Part shown: in pieces, positions 29,990 to 41,101 of the stretch
Position numbering within the stretch: position 1 is the stretch's first letter
Layout of the letters: every line of letters begins with the position of its first letter
NCBI GenBank assembly: GCA_963803805.1
Contig: CAWDOD010000002.1
Span: 832,001-896,000 of the forward strand
Direction: 5' to 3'
Source of the DNA: an uncultured cyanobacterium
GTDB taxonomy: Bacteria; Cyanobacteriota; Cyanobacteriia; Cyanobacteriales; CAWCAG01
Length of the DNA: 64,000 nucleotides
Position numbers and translations under genes: made by a program
The notes under the pieces: model-generated
What the model was told of the DNA's origin: nothing
The model's database searches: none
What the model saw: the letters and a program-made list of their open reading frames with translations, nothing else

Positions 29990-31567
29990 ATGTCGCGATC
30001 GCCTCTTCCCTCATCTGGGCAAACCAAACAACTTAAACAGCTTCAAAGTCAATTGCGCGATCGCTGGCAAAGTATTGATTTATTCGATCAAGATGATTAT
30101 GACATTTTGGTTATTCCTTCTTTTAGTATCGACCAACGTCAAGGGGAAAAGATTCCTGGCTTTCTGCACTACGAGGAGCGAATGCTTTTTTCTTTAATTC
30201 GCCTTCGTAATCCTTATACCAGGCTAATTTATCTTACTGCTTTACCTTTGTCACCCTTAATTATTGAATATTATTTACAACTTTTACCAGGAATTCCTTT
30301 TTCCCATGCCCGCGATCGCCTCTTATTACTTTCTGCCAATGATGCTTCTTTTAAACCTCTTTCTCAAAAGATTTTAGAACGCCCTCGGTTAGTAGAAAGG
30401 ATTCGCAAAGCTTTGCGTCCTCATAAATCTTACATGGTTTGTTTCAATTCTACTATCTTGGAGCAAGAACTATCTCTACAATTAGATGTCCCTCTGTTGG
30501 CTTGTTCCCCGGATCTTCTCTATTGGGGTTCTAAAAGCGGTAGCCGGGAGATTTTTGCCCAATGTCATATTCCTCACCCCGATGGTACTCCTCAAGTCTG
30601 GAACTCAGAGGATTTAGTCGTAGCGATTAATCAGCTTTGGCAACGTCACCCCAACTTAGCCAAGATGGTAATCAAACTCAATGAAGGTTTTTCTGGGGAA
30701 GGAAACGCCTTATTAGATTTGAAGCAGATGCAAAATTACGCCCCAGGGCAAGCAACTCCCGCCCAAAGAAGTCAAGCTATCAGCAATCATCTGCAAAACC
30801 TACGCTTTCAAGCCCAAGGAGAAACCTGGGAAAACTTTAGGGAGAGTATTAGTAAATTAGGAGCCATAGTTGAAGTATTTATTGAAGGAGAAATTAAGCG
30901 ATCGCCAAGTGTCCAAGGCTATATTACCCCTAGTGGTGAAGTAAAAATTCTCTCCACCCATGATCAAATTCTTGGGGGTGCAGATGGACAAATTTATCTC
31001 GGTTGCCGTTTCCCTGCTGATGCAGCTTATCGTCTGCAACTCCAAAAAATTGGGGCAAAAGTGGGCCATTTCTTGGCTAAAAAAGGGGCTTTAGAACGCT
31101 TTGGAGTTGACTTTATAGCTGTTCAACAACAAGATGGTTGGGAAATGCAAGCCATCGAAATAAACCTCCGCAAAGGCGGTACAACCCACCCCTTCATGAC
31201 TCTCAAACTCCTTACTGGCGGTAACTACGACTTAAGTACAGGTTTATTTTTCAGCCAAGATAAACAAGCTAAATATTACATTGCCACTGATAACTTACAA
31301 AAGGAATCTTACCAAGGTTTATTACCTGCTGATCTTATGGATATCATTGCCTGTCATCGTCTTAATTTTAATAGTAGTAATAGAACAGGTAATGTCTTTC
31401 ATCTTATGGGCGCACTTTCTCAATACGGTAAGTTAGGTCTAATTAGTATTGGCAATTCCTTAGAAGAAGCAGAAACTATTTATAACGAAGTAGAAGCAGT
31501 TTTAGACAAAGAAACCCAGTCTATTAATCCTATCGCCAAGTCTAGTTTGCCTATTACTTGGATGTAA
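29990..31567 (+). CDS. ATP-grasp peptide ligase, PGM1-related
   Basis: HYEERMLF, GSKSGSREIF, VIKLNEGFSGEGN, SPSVQ, STHDQILGG, FGVDF and IEINLRKGGTTHPF (ATP-grasp ExN). Family label recognised from memory. Confidence 0.8.
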   Translation: MSRSPLPSSGQTKQLKQLQSQLRDRWQSIDLFDQDDYDILVIPSFSIDQRQGEKIPGFLHYEERMLFSLIRLRNPYTRLIYLTALPLSPLIIEYYLQLLPGIPFSHARDRLLLLSANDASFKPLSQKILERPRLVERIRKALRPHKSYMVCFNSTILEQELSLQLDVPLLACSPDLLYWGSKSGSREIFAQCHIPHPDGTPQVWNSEDLVVAINQLWQRHPNLAKMVIKLNEGFSGEGNALLDLKQMQNYAPGQATPAQRSQAISNHLQNLRFQAQGETWENFRESISKLGAIVEVFIEGEIKRSPSVQGYITPSGEVKILSTHDQILGGADGQIYLGCRFPADAAYRLQLQKIGAKVGHFLAKKGALERFGVDFIAVQQQDGWEMQAIEINLRKGGTTHPFMTLKLLTGGNYDLSTGLFFSQDKQAKYYIATDNLQKESYQGLLPADLMDIIACHRLNFNSSNRTGNVFHLMGALSQYGKLGLISIGNSLEEAETIYNEVEAVLDKETQSINPIAKSSLPITWM

Positions 31568-31864
31568 TTAACAGCTTAGCTTTACATAATTCAAATTACT
31601 AAATATGACAAAGCTTTGCCGTAAGCCTTGTCAATTGTCCGTAGGCTGTTTAATTGGCTGAGAAATTTAGCCATGAAAAGTAACTTTTGTTACAGAACAT
31701 CTCTGTCTTTAGACCAATAAAAAACTTTCTATTTAAAGAAAGTCATGACTTTTTATAGAGAGCAAGTCAGGGTACTAAGCAGGCTAATGATAGATAAATT
31801 CAAATTGAGATAAAGATATCGTTTCATTATAAATAAACGCAATTAAAAACGAGGAAAGGGTATT

Positions 31865-32512
31865 ATGTCTTATACAGAACCAATGGCAAACCAAGTAGTA
31901 GAAACAATTATCACTCCGGATGATAAAGATCGGATTCGCTGGGGACCGATTATTGGTGGTATTTTTGTGGCGATCGCAACTCAACTAATCCTCAGCGCTT
32001 TGGGTGCAGCAATTGGCCTAACGGCTGGTGCATCGGGGACTGATGCTGGTGCAGTAGGGCTTGGTGTTGGTATTTGGGCAGTTATTAGTCTGTTAATTGC
32101 TCTATTTATTGGTAGTTGGGTAGCAGCAGCAGGTTGTAGCCCCATGAATAAAAAAACCGCATTGCTACATGGGCTAATTCTTTGGGCAACAACATTGGCT
32201 ATAAGTGCTTGGCTATTGACTAGTGGCGTATCGGGAGCTTTTGGTATGGCAACTTCTAATGCCGGGGAAGTCTTAAACCAAGTACAGCAACCCGGAGGAG
32301 TGGACATTCCTAACCAAGTTCCCAATGTATCACCTCAACAATTGCAACAAGTAGCAGGAAATTCTGCCAAAGCAGCTTGGTCATTTGTAATTGGCTCTTT
32401 ACTCGGACTAGCCGCATCTCTGATTGGCTCTTCTGTTGGAGCCAAAAAGCCCAGACCAATTCGTACTGGAGTTGCTCCTATTCCTCAAACCGCAGAGAAT
32501 TTCACTAGGTAG
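31865..32512 (+). CDS. Multi-pass membrane protein, hypothetical
   Basis: RIRWGPIIGG start followed by 4-5 Gly/Ala-rich TM helices. Confidence 0.75.
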   Translation: MSYTEPMANQVVETIITPDDKDRIRWGPIIGGIFVAIATQLILSALGAAIGLTAGASGTDAGAVGLGVGIWAVISLLIALFIGSWVAAAGCSPMNKKTALLHGLILWATTLAISAWLLTSGVSGAFGMATSNAGEVLNQVQQPGGVDIPNQVPNVSPQQLQQVAGNSAKAAWSFVIGSLLGLAASLIGSSVGAKKPRPIRTGVAPIPQTAENFTR

Positions 32513-32581
32513 AAAAGAATGGCGTTGGTGAACAGAGAATAGCATGAAATCATTCACCACCTCCCGCCATTCCGGCAAAGT

Positions 32582-33775
32582 CTATTGTTCATCAATTTTA
32601 AGGGCTTCTTTAGCTGTTGTCCCTTCCCCTTGAAAGCCAAAATACCAAAGGGTAGCTGCTGCCTCAGCGCGGGTAACAGGTTTTTTCGGTTGAAAAATGG
32701 TTATGTAACCGAAAGCACGGCGTATATTGGCTTGTTCGCCGTTTTGGAAATCTAAATACAGGGCAGGCAACACTTGAGGATTAATCTTGCTAGCATCTTG
32801 AAAACCCCAGGTTTGTTGAATCGAATCTAAGGTTGTTTTCGGTAAAGCTTGGCGAGTATCTAAAGGGACTTTCCACCAGACTAAATCTTCCCTGGTTAAG
32901 GGTGCATCAGGGCGAAAAAGCCCCGCATCAGTATTTCCAGTCAAAGAAGAAGGAATTAACCCTGCTTCTGCTAAACCTTGAATAACAGCAAAATCAGGGT
33001 CTGATTTTTTAACATCTTGGAAAGCAGGTTGTTGGGCATTCTCTATGAGGCGTATCTGTTTGCTGGGGGTATTTTCATAAAGCAAATTATTCGCTGTAAC
33101 CAACCAATTAGCATAGTCTCTGCGGGTAATAGTTTGATTAGGTTGAAACTGTTCATCTTGATTTTTACTACTTGATGAAGCGAAAACCCCTAATTTCCCT
33201 AATTCCTGAATATATTCAGTTAATTGGGGATTAATTTTATCAAGATCAAAAAATTCTTGAGGTGCATTTTTAACGACTGGCTTGGTTTTTAACGGAGTGG
33301 CTTCGCGCTGATATTCAATCAGAAATTCTGTACCTTTTTCCCCCTCTTCTTTAGTTGTCGGAGTAATCACAGAAACTTTCACTTCCAAATCATTCTTACT
33401 CGCAACTAAAGTACTATCATCTGCTACCTCAGAAGGTTCAACTTCCCAGTCATTCTTTTGAAATTCTTCTTGATAAAAACTAGCAATCAAATTACTAGGA
33501 TCTTCAGATTGCCAACGGGTAAGAGTACCTTTGCCAGCAGGTTTAGTTTCCAAACGTTTCGCTTCTGGATAGGTAGGAATTTCTTCAGGAAACTCTTCTG
33601 TTGCAGGAGTTGGTGTAGGAGTCGGCTTTTTAGCAGCAGTTTCAATGGTTTCAGGACTCTCTTGAAGCTGAGGATCTGGTGCTAACTTATTTTGTAGATC
33701 CTGACTACAAGCGTTTAAGCCCAGCAAACTGAATAGGAGAAAACTAGTAGCGAAGCGTCGATTAAACAATACCAT
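32582..33775 (-). CDS. S-layer homology (SLH) domain lipoprotein
   Basis: Lipobox LNAC; SLH motifs FQPNQTITRRDYA, FRPDAPLTREDL and FQPKKPVTRAEAA. Confidence 0.88.
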   Translation of the reverse strand: MVLFNRRFATSFLLFSLLGLNACSQDLQNKLAPDPQLQESPETIETAAKKPTPTPTPATEEFPEEIPTYPEAKRLETKPAGKGTLTRWQSEDPSNLIASFYQEEFQKNDWEVEPSEVADDSTLVASKNDLEVKVSVITPTTKEEGEKGTEFLIEYQREATPLKTKPVVKNAPQEFFDLDKINPQLTEYIQELGKLGVFASSSSKNQDEQFQPNQTITRRDYANWLVTANNLLYENTPSKQIRLIENAQQPAFQDVKKSDPDFAVIQGLAEAGLIPSSLTGNTDAGLFRPDAPLTREDLVWWKVPLDTRQALPKTTLDSIQQTWGFQDASKINPQVLPALYLDFQNGEQANIRRAFGYITIFQPKKPVTRAEAAATLWYFGFQGEGTTAKEALKIDEQ

Positions 33776-34032
33776 TAAGCAAAAGGGAACAAAACATTCT
33801 TACTTAAGTTTAAGCTAACGCATCTGATACTTTTCTAGTAGTTTATCAATTTGTACAAAAATAAATTCTGGGTTTCCTCGCGTTAACTCAGCCTATAGTG
33901 ATTGTGCGATCGCAACTGTAGCAGAGGTTCGATAATTTCCCATTCTTTGTTTGTTCGGCTACTTGAGTATGTCATTATTCCCTGATTTCTGGTTTCACTG
34001 GGTAAGTCCTATCTCTTTTAATAGCCAAAAAT

Positions 34033-34060
34033 AAGCACTCACCGTTAACGGTGAGTGCTT
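34033..34060 (-). terminator. Intrinsic terminator after ndhCKJ
   Basis: Perfect 28-bp palindrome AAGCACTCACCGTTAACGGTGAGTGCTT followed by a T-run on the minus strand, ~45 nt after the ndhJ stop. Confidence 0.8.
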
Positions 34061-34105
34061 TTACATAAAATTAGTTACCTTATACCATTTTTTAAACGGT
34101 ATTAC

Positions 34106-34636
34106 TTAATAAGCATCCTGTAATTCGTAAAAATCAGGGGAGATATAATCCTTGCGTAAAGGCCAGCCTACCCAATCCTCTGGCATAAGAATCCGCTTCA
34201 AATTAGGATGTCCTTCATAGACAATGCCATACATATCGTAGGTTTCTCTTTCTTGCCAATCAGCCGCTTTCCAAATCCAGTAAACTGAAGGAACTTGAGG
34301 CTGATCTCTCGGTAAAAATACTTTAACCCTAACCTCCTCTGGCCGATCAGCATTGTCACTGAGCTTAATAAGATGGTAGAAACTAACCAACTCCTTACCA
34401 GGGCCAAGATCATAGCCCCCTTGACATTGGAGATAGTTAAAACCGTAAGCAAATAAAGCAGTACAAATAGGAATAAGAAACTCTGCATCTACTTTAATTG
34501 TTTCAGTGCCTAAATGATCTCGTTCTAAAGCTTCATTATCAAAGCCATTTTCCCTTAACCAAGAGGAAACTTGACCAGCTTGGACAATTTCAGAACCTTC
34601 AGAGTTTTCTTCCTGTTTAGTCTCTTCTTCAGCCAC
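34106..34636 (-). CDS. ndhJ: NDH-1 subunit J
   Basis: [38 protein letters not shown]. Confidence 0.98.
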   Translation of the reverse strand: MAEEETKQEENSEGSEIVQAGQVSSWLRENGFDNEALERDHLGTETIKVDAEFLIPICTALFAYGFNYLQCQGGYDLGPGKELVSFYHLIKLSDNADRPEEVRVKVFLPRDQPQVPSVYWIWKAADWQERETYDMYGIVYEGHPNLKRILMPEDWVGWPLRKDYISPDFYELQDAY

Positions 34637-35378
34637 GCTCTACCTCCTCTTTTACTTTCTCCTGGAGAGGGGTTTGCATAGGCATACCTGTTGCCGCAGC
34701 TAATTCCTTGGGCGGTGCTTGGCGAGTTTCCGCTTCAATGTACTCTCCTGTGAGAATAGGAGCAACCGCTTTCATTTCATGGGGAATAGTATAATAGCGG
34801 TTGGTTTGCTCCATCACCGCACTTCTTTCTTGCAAGGATTCATTAGCAACCTTCTTACGCAGTTTGATAATGGCATCCATAATTGCTTCAGGGCGGGGAG
34901 GACAACCAGGAATATACACATCCACAGGGATTAATTTATCAACCCCCCTCACGGCACTAGGAGAATCCATACTAAACATTCCTCCAGTAATGGTACAAGC
35001 TCCCATGGCGATCGCATACTTTGGTTCAGGCATCTCTTCATAAAGCCTTACCAAAGCAGGAGCCATTTTCATGGTGATTGTACCTGCTGTGATGATCAAA
35101 TCAGCCTGACGGGGACTAGCACGGGGGACTAAACCGAAGCGGTCAAAATCGAACCTAGAGCCAATCATGGCTGCAAATTCAATAAAACAGCAAGCAGTAC
35201 CGTACATCATCGGCCAGAGACTAGAAAGTCTGGCCCAATTATAAAGGTCGTCTACTGTTGTTAAGATGACATTCTCTGATAAGTCTTGGGTGACTTGAGA
35301 ACTACTAACAGGATTAAAAATTTTGTTGGACTGCTCAGCAAAAGCAGCATCATTAGTTGAGTTAGAATTCATGACCAT
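34629..35378 (-). CDS. ndhK: NDH-1 subunit K
   Basis: [25 protein letters not shown] and [10 protein letters not shown]. Start likely at ATG 35378, overlapping the ndhC stop. Confidence 0.98.
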   Translation of the reverse strand: MVMNSNSTNDAAFAEQSNKIFNPVSSSQVTQDLSENVILTTVDDLYNWARLSSLWPMMYGTACCFIEFAAMIGSRFDFDRFGLVPRASPRQADLIITAGTITMKMAPALVRLYEEMPEPKYAIAMGACTITGGMFSMDSPSAVRGVDKLIPVDVYIPGCPPRPEAIMDAIIKLRKKVANESLQERSAVMEQTNRYYTIPHEMKAVAPILTGEYIEAETRQAPPKELAAATGMPMQTPLQEKVKEEVERG

Positions 35379-35731
35379 TCTAGCGCTCCTTTTCTCCAAG
35401 CATATACAAGAGCAACCACAAGAATTGCGATGAAGATTAAAGCTTCGATGAAAGCTAGTAATCCCAATTGATTAAAGGCAACTGCCCAGGGATATAAGAA
35501 TACAGTTTCGACATCAAACACTACAAATACTAAAGCAAACATATAGTAGCGAATGTTGAATTGTATCCAGGCTCCACCAATTGGTTCCATACCAGATTCA
35601 TAGGTGGTACGTCTTTCCGGTCCACCAGTACGAGGTCGTAAAAGTTTAGAACCGGTTAACGCCAAAACAGGGACTGCGCTACAAATGAGCAAGAATCCCA
35701 AGAGATATTCGTAGCCACTAAGGACAAACAC
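35369..35731 (-). CDS. ndhC: NDH-1 subunit C (GTG start)
   Basis: YESGMEPIG and [23 protein letters not shown]. Confidence 0.98.
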   Translation of the reverse strand: MFVLSGYEYLLGFLLICSAVPVLALTGSKLLRPRTGGPERRTTYESGMEPIGGAWIQFNIRYYMFALVFVVFDVETVFLYPWAVAFNQLGLLAFIEALIFIAILVVALVYAWRKGALEWS

Positions 35732-35908
35732 TAGGAATTTCTAAGTTATAACTTCTTTACAATTACCTATTTATTATAAGGTCGATTGGTGAGTTAGTGG
35801 AGGGGGAAAATAAATTAATTGCCTTGAGAATCAATCTCAGATAACTGAATTAAACCAATTTATGCCATAATTTTTAACATACATTTAAGGTTTGCCTTCC
35901 TTTTCGCA

Positions 35909-36256
35909 ATGACTGAGCCTGGACAAGAACAGACACTTGCAGAACAAGCCCCTTCTCGTTATGAATGCCGTAGCTGCGGTTATGTTTATGAACCGAGTAA
36001 GGGAGATAACAAGAGTGATATCCCTCCTGGAACTCTATTTGAAGACTTGCCCAAGGGGTGGAAATGCCCTGTGTGCAGCGTTAGTCGCGCCCAGTTTAAG
36101 GATATAGGCTCTAGTGGCGCACCTTCAGGGTTTAAGGAAAATTTAGATTATGGCTTGGGGATAAATCGTTTAACTCCAGCCCAAAAAAACCTACTCATCT
36201 TTGGTGCTTTGGCTCTAGGCTTTATCTTTTTCCTTAGTCTTTATGGCTTGCAGTAA
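35909..36256 (+). CDS. rubA: Membrane-anchored rubredoxin RubA
   Basis: YECRSCGYVY...WKCPVC and a C-terminal TM helix; lies upstream of ycf48-psbEFLJ. Confidence 0.95.
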   Translation: MTEPGQEQTLAEQAPSRYECRSCGYVYEPSKGDNKSDIPPGTLFEDLPKGWKCPVCSVSRAQFKDIGSSGAPSGFKENLDYGLGINRLTPAQKNLLIFGALALGFIFFLSLYGLQ

Positions 36257-36338
36257 AGAGATTAAAAGTTAGTAGTTTTTCAGGAAGGCAACAAAAATAT
36301 ATATGAACAAATTTTCTTCATCATTTTCTTTAAGTGCT

Positions 36339-37343
36339 ATGAACTCCTTAGTGAGAAAGTTAAAACAAATAGTTGTCTTGGTAGCTGTTGTTTTATTTTG
36401 CGCAAGCTGTAGCAATATTAGTTCTTTAAGTAATAACCCTTGGAAACCTCTTCAGCTTCCTACCGAAGCAAGTTTCGCTGACATTGCTTTTACCAATAAT
36501 CCAAGCCATGGCTGGTTAGTTGGTACTAAAGCAACTTTATTTGAAACTACAGATGGAGGAGATACTTGGGAACAACGTAATTTAGACTTGGGGGAGGAAA
36601 AAGTCAGTTTTAACTCCGTAAGCTTTTCTGGAGAAGAGGGCTGGATTACTGGAGAACCGGCAATCTTACTACATACTAAAGACGGTGGCACAAATTGGTC
36701 ACGTATACCCTTAAGCGCAAAGCTACCTGGTGCGCCCTATAATATTGTTGCTTTAGGCCCTGATTCAGCCGAGATGGTAACAAACTTAGGAGCCATTTAT
36801 GAAACCACTAACGGTGGCCAAAATTGGCAAGCCTTAGTCCAAGGAGCAGTGGGTGTAGCCCGAAATATTGCCCGTTCTCCTGATGGAAGATACTTGGCTG
36901 TTTCTGCTAGAGGTAATTTTTATTCTACTTGGGAACCAGGGGACGATGAGTGGACACCCCACCAACGTAATTCTTCCCGACGGCTACAAAATATGGGCTT
37001 TGGCAAAGATGGGCGGCTTTGGCTTTTAGCTAGGGGGGGTCAGTTGCAATTTAGCTCTTTAGAAGAAAAAGAGATTTGGGATGAAACCAAATACCCAGAA
37101 ATTGCTGCTAGTTGGGGACTGCTTGATATGGGGTACCGTACTCCAGAAGAGATTTGGGTAGCTGGAGGAAGCGGTAACTTACTTCGTAGTAGCGATGGGG
37201 GTCAAACTTGGGAAAAAGATCGCGATGTAGAAGGTATTCCTTCTAACTTTTATGAAGTGATCTTCTTGAATTCTGAACAAGGATTTATTCTCGGTCAAAG
37301 AGGAACTTTACTCAAATATGAGCAACCCCAAGAAGCTGCTTAA
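36339..37343 (+). CDS. ycf48: PSII assembly factor Ycf48/HCF136 (alternative start 36303)
   Basis: Lipoprotein signal, BNR repeats (TTDGGDTW, TKDGGTNW) and AVSARGNFYSTWEPG..WTPHQRNSSRRLQNMG. Confidence 0.96.
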   Translation: MNSLVRKLKQIVVLVAVVLFCASCSNISSLSNNPWKPLQLPTEASFADIAFTNNPSHGWLVGTKATLFETTDGGDTWEQRNLDLGEEKVSFNSVSFSGEEGWITGEPAILLHTKDGGTNWSRIPLSAKLPGAPYNIVALGPDSAEMVTNLGAIYETTNGGQNWQALVQGAVGVARNIARSPDGRYLAVSARGNFYSTWEPGDDEWTPHQRNSSRRLQNMGFGKDGRLWLLARGGQLQFSSLEEKEIWDETKYPEIAASWGLLDMGYRTPEEIWVAGGSGNLLRSSDGGQTWEKDRDVEGIPSNFYEVIFLNSEQGFILGQRGTLLKYEQPQEAA

Positions 37344-37427
37344 AAAAGACTGAGCTTGTAGTGAAGCTTACAAGTTCTTTATGATGTAAAGTGAATTTTA
37401 AAATGTTGTAAAAGGAGAACATTATCT

Positions 37428-37673
37428 ATGTCAGGTACAACTGGAGAACGACCATTTTCGGATATTGTTACTAGTGTCCGTTATTGGATCATCCATAGTA
37501 TTACCATTCCTATGCTTTTTATTGCAGGATGGCTATTTGTTAGCACCGGCTTAGCTTACGATGCTTTTGGTACACCTCGCCCGGATGAGTATTTTAGCCA
37601 AGATCGTCTAGAACTACCGATTGTTTCTGATAGATATCAAGCAAAAGATCAAATTAAAGAGTTTAGTAATTAA
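37428..37673 (+). CDS. psbE: Cytochrome b559 alpha subunit
   Basis: [28 protein letters not shown]. Confidence 0.99.
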   Translation: MSGTTGERPFSDIVTSVRYWIIHSITIPMLFIAGWLFVSTGLAYDAFGTPRPDEYFSQDRLELPIVSDRYQAKDQIKEFSN

Positions 37674-37699
37674 ATTGTTTTAAAATCAAGTAAAACACT

Positions 37700-37834
37700 A
37701 TGACAAGCAACAACCCAAATCAACCAGTTTCTTATCCCATTTTTACTGTTAGATGGATAGCTGTTCACACCCTAACAGTACCCACAGTATTTTTCTTAGG
37801 CGCGATCGCCGCAATGCAGTTTGTACAAAGGTAG
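37700..37834 (+). CDS. psbF: Cytochrome b559 beta subunit
   Basis: Manual translation: [44 protein letters not shown]. Confidence 0.99.
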   Translation: MTSNNPNQPVSYPIFTVRWIAVHTLTVPTVFFLGAIAAMQFVQR

Positions 37835-37842
37835 AAAAAATA

Positions 37843-37962
37843 ATGGATCGTTCACCCAATCCAAATAAACAACCAGTTGAATTAAATCGTACATCCTTGT
37901 ACTTAGGTTTATTGTTAGTTTTTGTACTAGGAATCTTATTTTCTAGCTATTTCTTTAACTAA
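37843..37962 (+). CDS. psbL: Photosystem II protein L
   Basis: [39 protein letters not shown]. Confidence 0.99.
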   Translation: MDRSPNPNKQPVELNRTSLYLGLLLVFVLGILFSSYFFN

Positions 37963-38015
37963 CTAAAAGTTGATCAAGCTATTTTTTTCAGAACACAATT
38001 AGGAGATAAAAAAAT

Positions 38016-38135
38016 ATGTCTGGAGACGCGAGAATTCCCCTTTGGATCGTCGCAACTGTAGCAGGAATGGGCATCATTACTGTTGTCGGAATTTTCTTTT
38101 ACGGTGCTTATGCTGGGGTTGGTTCTTCTATGTAG
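38016..38135 (+). CDS. psbJ: Photosystem II protein J
   Basis: Manual translation: [39 protein letters not shown], with AGGAG RBS upstream. Confidence 0.99.
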   Translation: MSGDARIPLWIVATVAGMGIITVVGIFFYGAYAGVGSSM

Positions 38136-38175
38136 AAGTTAAGACCCTTAGTAGTTAAAATTCAATTAAAATCTG

Positions 38176-38212
38176 AAGGCTAGCTGTTTTTAAAAATTCA
38201 GCTAGCCTTTTT
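38176..38212 (+). terminator. Intrinsic terminator of psbEFLJ
   Basis: AAGGCTAGCTG...CAGCTAGCCTT stem followed by a T-run. Confidence 0.8.
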
Positions 38213-38305
38213 GTAGTCTAGGTTTTCAAAACCGAGCCTGTAGCAAAGCCTTTTGACTTAAGACAAAGCGATGTTAATATTTGGTGACGAAACTTAAAAA
38301 AAACT

Positions 38306-39784
38306 TTGAAGGCAACAACTTTAAAAAACGAATGGTTCTCAGATATTCCCGGTAACTTATTAGCCGGAGTTGTCGTTGCCCTCGCTTTAATTCCAGAAGC
38401 GATCGCCTTTTCTATTGTGGCTGGGGTAGACCCGAAGGTTGGTTTATACGCTTCTTTTATCATGGCAGTGACTATTGCCTTTACTGGAGGTCGTCCAGGG
38501 ATGATTTCAGCGGCAACCGGGGCGATGGCCTTATTAATGGTTTATTTAGTTAAAGACCATGGCATAGAATACCTTTTTGCTGCGGGTATCCTGACTGGAA
38601 TTTTACAAATTATTTGGGGATTACTGCGGGTGGGGCGGCAAATGAAATATGTACCCCGTTCAGTTTTAGTAGGATTTGTCAATGCCCTAGCTATCTTAAT
38701 TTTCATGGCTCAACTGCCTCAGTTTGTGGGAGTGGGTTGGGAGATGTATGCTATGGTGGCTGGGGGTTTGGCGATTATCTATCTCTTGCCTCGCTTCACC
38801 AAGGCAGTACCTTCCCCCTTAATCGCTATTATTCTCCTCACTTTAATTGCTTTAATTGGTAATGTGAATGTTCCCACCGTAGGGGATATGGGAGATTTGC
38901 CTAGAACTTTACCAGCTTTCCACATCCCCCAAGTACCTTTCAATCTAGAAACCCTGAGAATTATTTTTCCCCACGCCCTCACCCTTTCAGCAGTGGGTTT
39001 GTTGGAATCTTTCTTAACAGCTTCAGTACTTGACGATCTTACTGATACCCTAAGCAATAAAAATCAAGAAGCGAGAGGCCAAGGCATCGCCAACATTATC
39101 ACTAACTTTTTCGGGGGTATGGCAGGTTGTGCCATGATTGGACAATCGGTTATCAATATTCAATCTGGGGGACGAACCCGTCTTTCTACCCTTAGTGCCG
39201 GGGTTTTCTTACTTCTTTTTATGCTAATTCTAGGGAGTTGGGTGGAAAGAATTCCTATGGCTGCATTGGTAGCAGTGATGATTATGGTTTCTATTGGAAC
39301 GTTTAATTGGAAGTCTTTGAATTTTAAACGCTTGCCGAAAAGCGAAACAACAGTGATGTTAGTTACAGTTGCTATTACTGTGATTACCCACAACCTGGCT
39401 TTAGGAGTGCTGTTTGGTGTTGCTTTAAGTACCTTATTCTTTTCTCGCAAAATTGCTCAATTGGTATTTGTAGAAAGTGAACTTAGCGCTGATGCTACCA
39501 AGCTAACTTACTATGTTAGTGGTCAAATCTTTTTCGTTTCTATTAACGATTTCTTGGCTGCCTTTGATTTTAGAGAAGATTTAGAATTGGTAATTATCGA
39601 TTTAACCCAAGCCCATTTATGGGATCAATCTGCTGTTGTTGCCATTGATAAAATCATTCTCAAGTTCCGTCGTAAGGGGGCTGAAGTTAAACTTGTGGGA
39701 CTTAATGAAGCTAGTGCCACACTATTAGATAAACTTGCTATCCACGATAAACCTGAAGGGTTAAAGGATTTAGCAAGTCACTGA
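38306..39784 (+). CDS. SulP family inorganic anion transporter with STAS domain (TTG start)
   Basis: [36 protein letters not shown] and C-terminal STAS ([13 protein letters not shown]). Confidence 0.93.
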   Translation: MKATTLKNEWFSDIPGNLLAGVVVALALIPEAIAFSIVAGVDPKVGLYASFIMAVTIAFTGGRPGMISAATGAMALLMVYLVKDHGIEYLFAAGILTGILQIIWGLLRVGRQMKYVPRSVLVGFVNALAILIFMAQLPQFVGVGWEMYAMVAGGLAIIYLLPRFTKAVPSPLIAIILLTLIALIGNVNVPTVGDMGDLPRTLPAFHIPQVPFNLETLRIIFPHALTLSAVGLLESFLTASVLDDLTDTLSNKNQEARGQGIANIITNFFGGMAGCAMIGQSVINIQSGGRTRLSTLSAGVFLLLFMLILGSWVERIPMAALVAVMIMVSIGTFNWKSLNFKRLPKSETTVMLVTVAITVITHNLALGVLFGVALSTLFFSRKIAQLVFVESELSADATKLTYYVSGQIFFVSINDFLAAFDFREDLELVIIDLTQAHLWDQSAVVAIDKIILKFRRKGAEVKLVGLNEASATLLDKLAIHDKPEGLKDLASH

Positions 39785-39851
39785 TTATTAGGTAATAGGT
39801 AATAGGTAATAGGTCTGTTTTTGATTTCTAAATCCCTCTACTCCTTTTAGT

Positions 39852-40721
39852 ATGAAAAAGATTCTTCTGTGTACTGATGGTTCGGCTTTCGCTCAAATTG
39901 GCTATGAATATGTTGCTTGGTTAGCCAAACAGATACCTATAGAAATTGAAGTTTTATATGTCACTGATAGACGCAAAGAACAAGCAGTACAAACCCATGA
40001 TTTTAGTGGCAATTTGGGCATTGATACTTACCAAGAATTGTTGGATAAGTTAGTAGATTTAGAGCATGAAAGGGCGAAGGTTAATCACCTTCGGGCAAAA
40101 ATGATTTTAGAAGCCGCTCAACAGTTTTTTCTTGACCATCACATCCCCCCGGAAACAATTACCCTAACCCATGAAACTGGTTTCCTGGTAGATAAATTTC
40201 ATGAACTGGAACAAGGGGCAGATTTAATTGTTTTAGGTAAGCGAGGGGAAACAGCTAATTTTGCCACAGAACATTTAGGAACCAATCTAGAACGTATTGT
40301 TCGTGCCAGTCATAAACCTTGTTTAGTTACTTCCCGCGACTTCCATGCCATAGAAAAGGTTTTGTTCGCCTACGATGGCAGTAAAAGTGTTGAGCAAGCA
40401 CTGCAATTTATTGGGCAAACACCTGTTTTTAAAGGCTTAGAAGTTCATATTGTTACCGTAGCCAAAAAATATGAAGATCAGGTGGCGATCGCTCGTTTAG
40501 AAAAAGCAGAAACAAGTTTGATTGAATGCGGGTTCAAGCCAGTTTGCCAATTACTGCAAGGTTATTCTGATGTGGCGATTGTTGACTATGCAAACAAAGA
40601 GAATATCGATTTTTTAGTCATGGGAGCTTACGGTCACAGTCGTATTCGTCATTTAGTACTTGGTAGTACCACTGCTCAAGTTCTGCGAAGTTCCCATATT
40701 CCTGTACTATTCTTTAGATAA
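39852..40721 (+). CDS. Tandem-domain universal stress protein
   Basis: KILLCTDGS...LIVLGKRG and FAYDGS...LVMGAYGHSRIRHLVLGSTT. SulP-USP is a common pairing. Confidence 0.92.
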   Translation: MKKILLCTDGSAFAQIGYEYVAWLAKQIPIEIEVLYVTDRRKEQAVQTHDFSGNLGIDTYQELLDKLVDLEHERAKVNHLRAKMILEAAQQFFLDHHIPPETITLTHETGFLVDKFHELEQGADLIVLGKRGETANFATEHLGTNLERIVRASHKPCLVTSRDFHAIEKVLFAYDGSKSVEQALQFIGQTPVFKGLEVHIVTVAKKYEDQVAIARLEKAETSLIECGFKPVCQLLQGYSDVAIVDYANKENIDFLVMGAYGHSRIRHLVLGSTTAQVLRSSHIPVLFFR

Positions 40722-41101
40722 AAAAGCAACAATATATGACAAAAAAGTCTCTTTCACGAAAAAGTAAATTTGTCAAATATATTTTACTTTCGTCATAAAA
40801 CTTTTTTCTTCCTCCAACTCTTAAGCAAAGGATTTTTATCTTGACAATAACGTCTCATCTAGTTTGTGAATGTTGAAACTCACTTTAAGTTATAAAAAAC
40901 CCAGAATAACATTTCGCTAATATTGATTAAATCACGGATTTGCTTGCTTTGACAAGAATAATTTGCTTAATTTTTGACAAGTTTGAAGTTTTGTTATTTT
41001 AAAAATTCTAATGCTCAGGAATCAATAAGCCAGATTTTACTTATACGAACTTAGTTACATAAGTTTTGTACAGAGAAATTACAAATAATGAATATATTTC
41101 T

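Noticed and set aside
37753-37962. 69-aa ORF in the supplied track
   Set aside because: It is an over-extension of psbL (true start 37843) that overlaps psbF in another frame.
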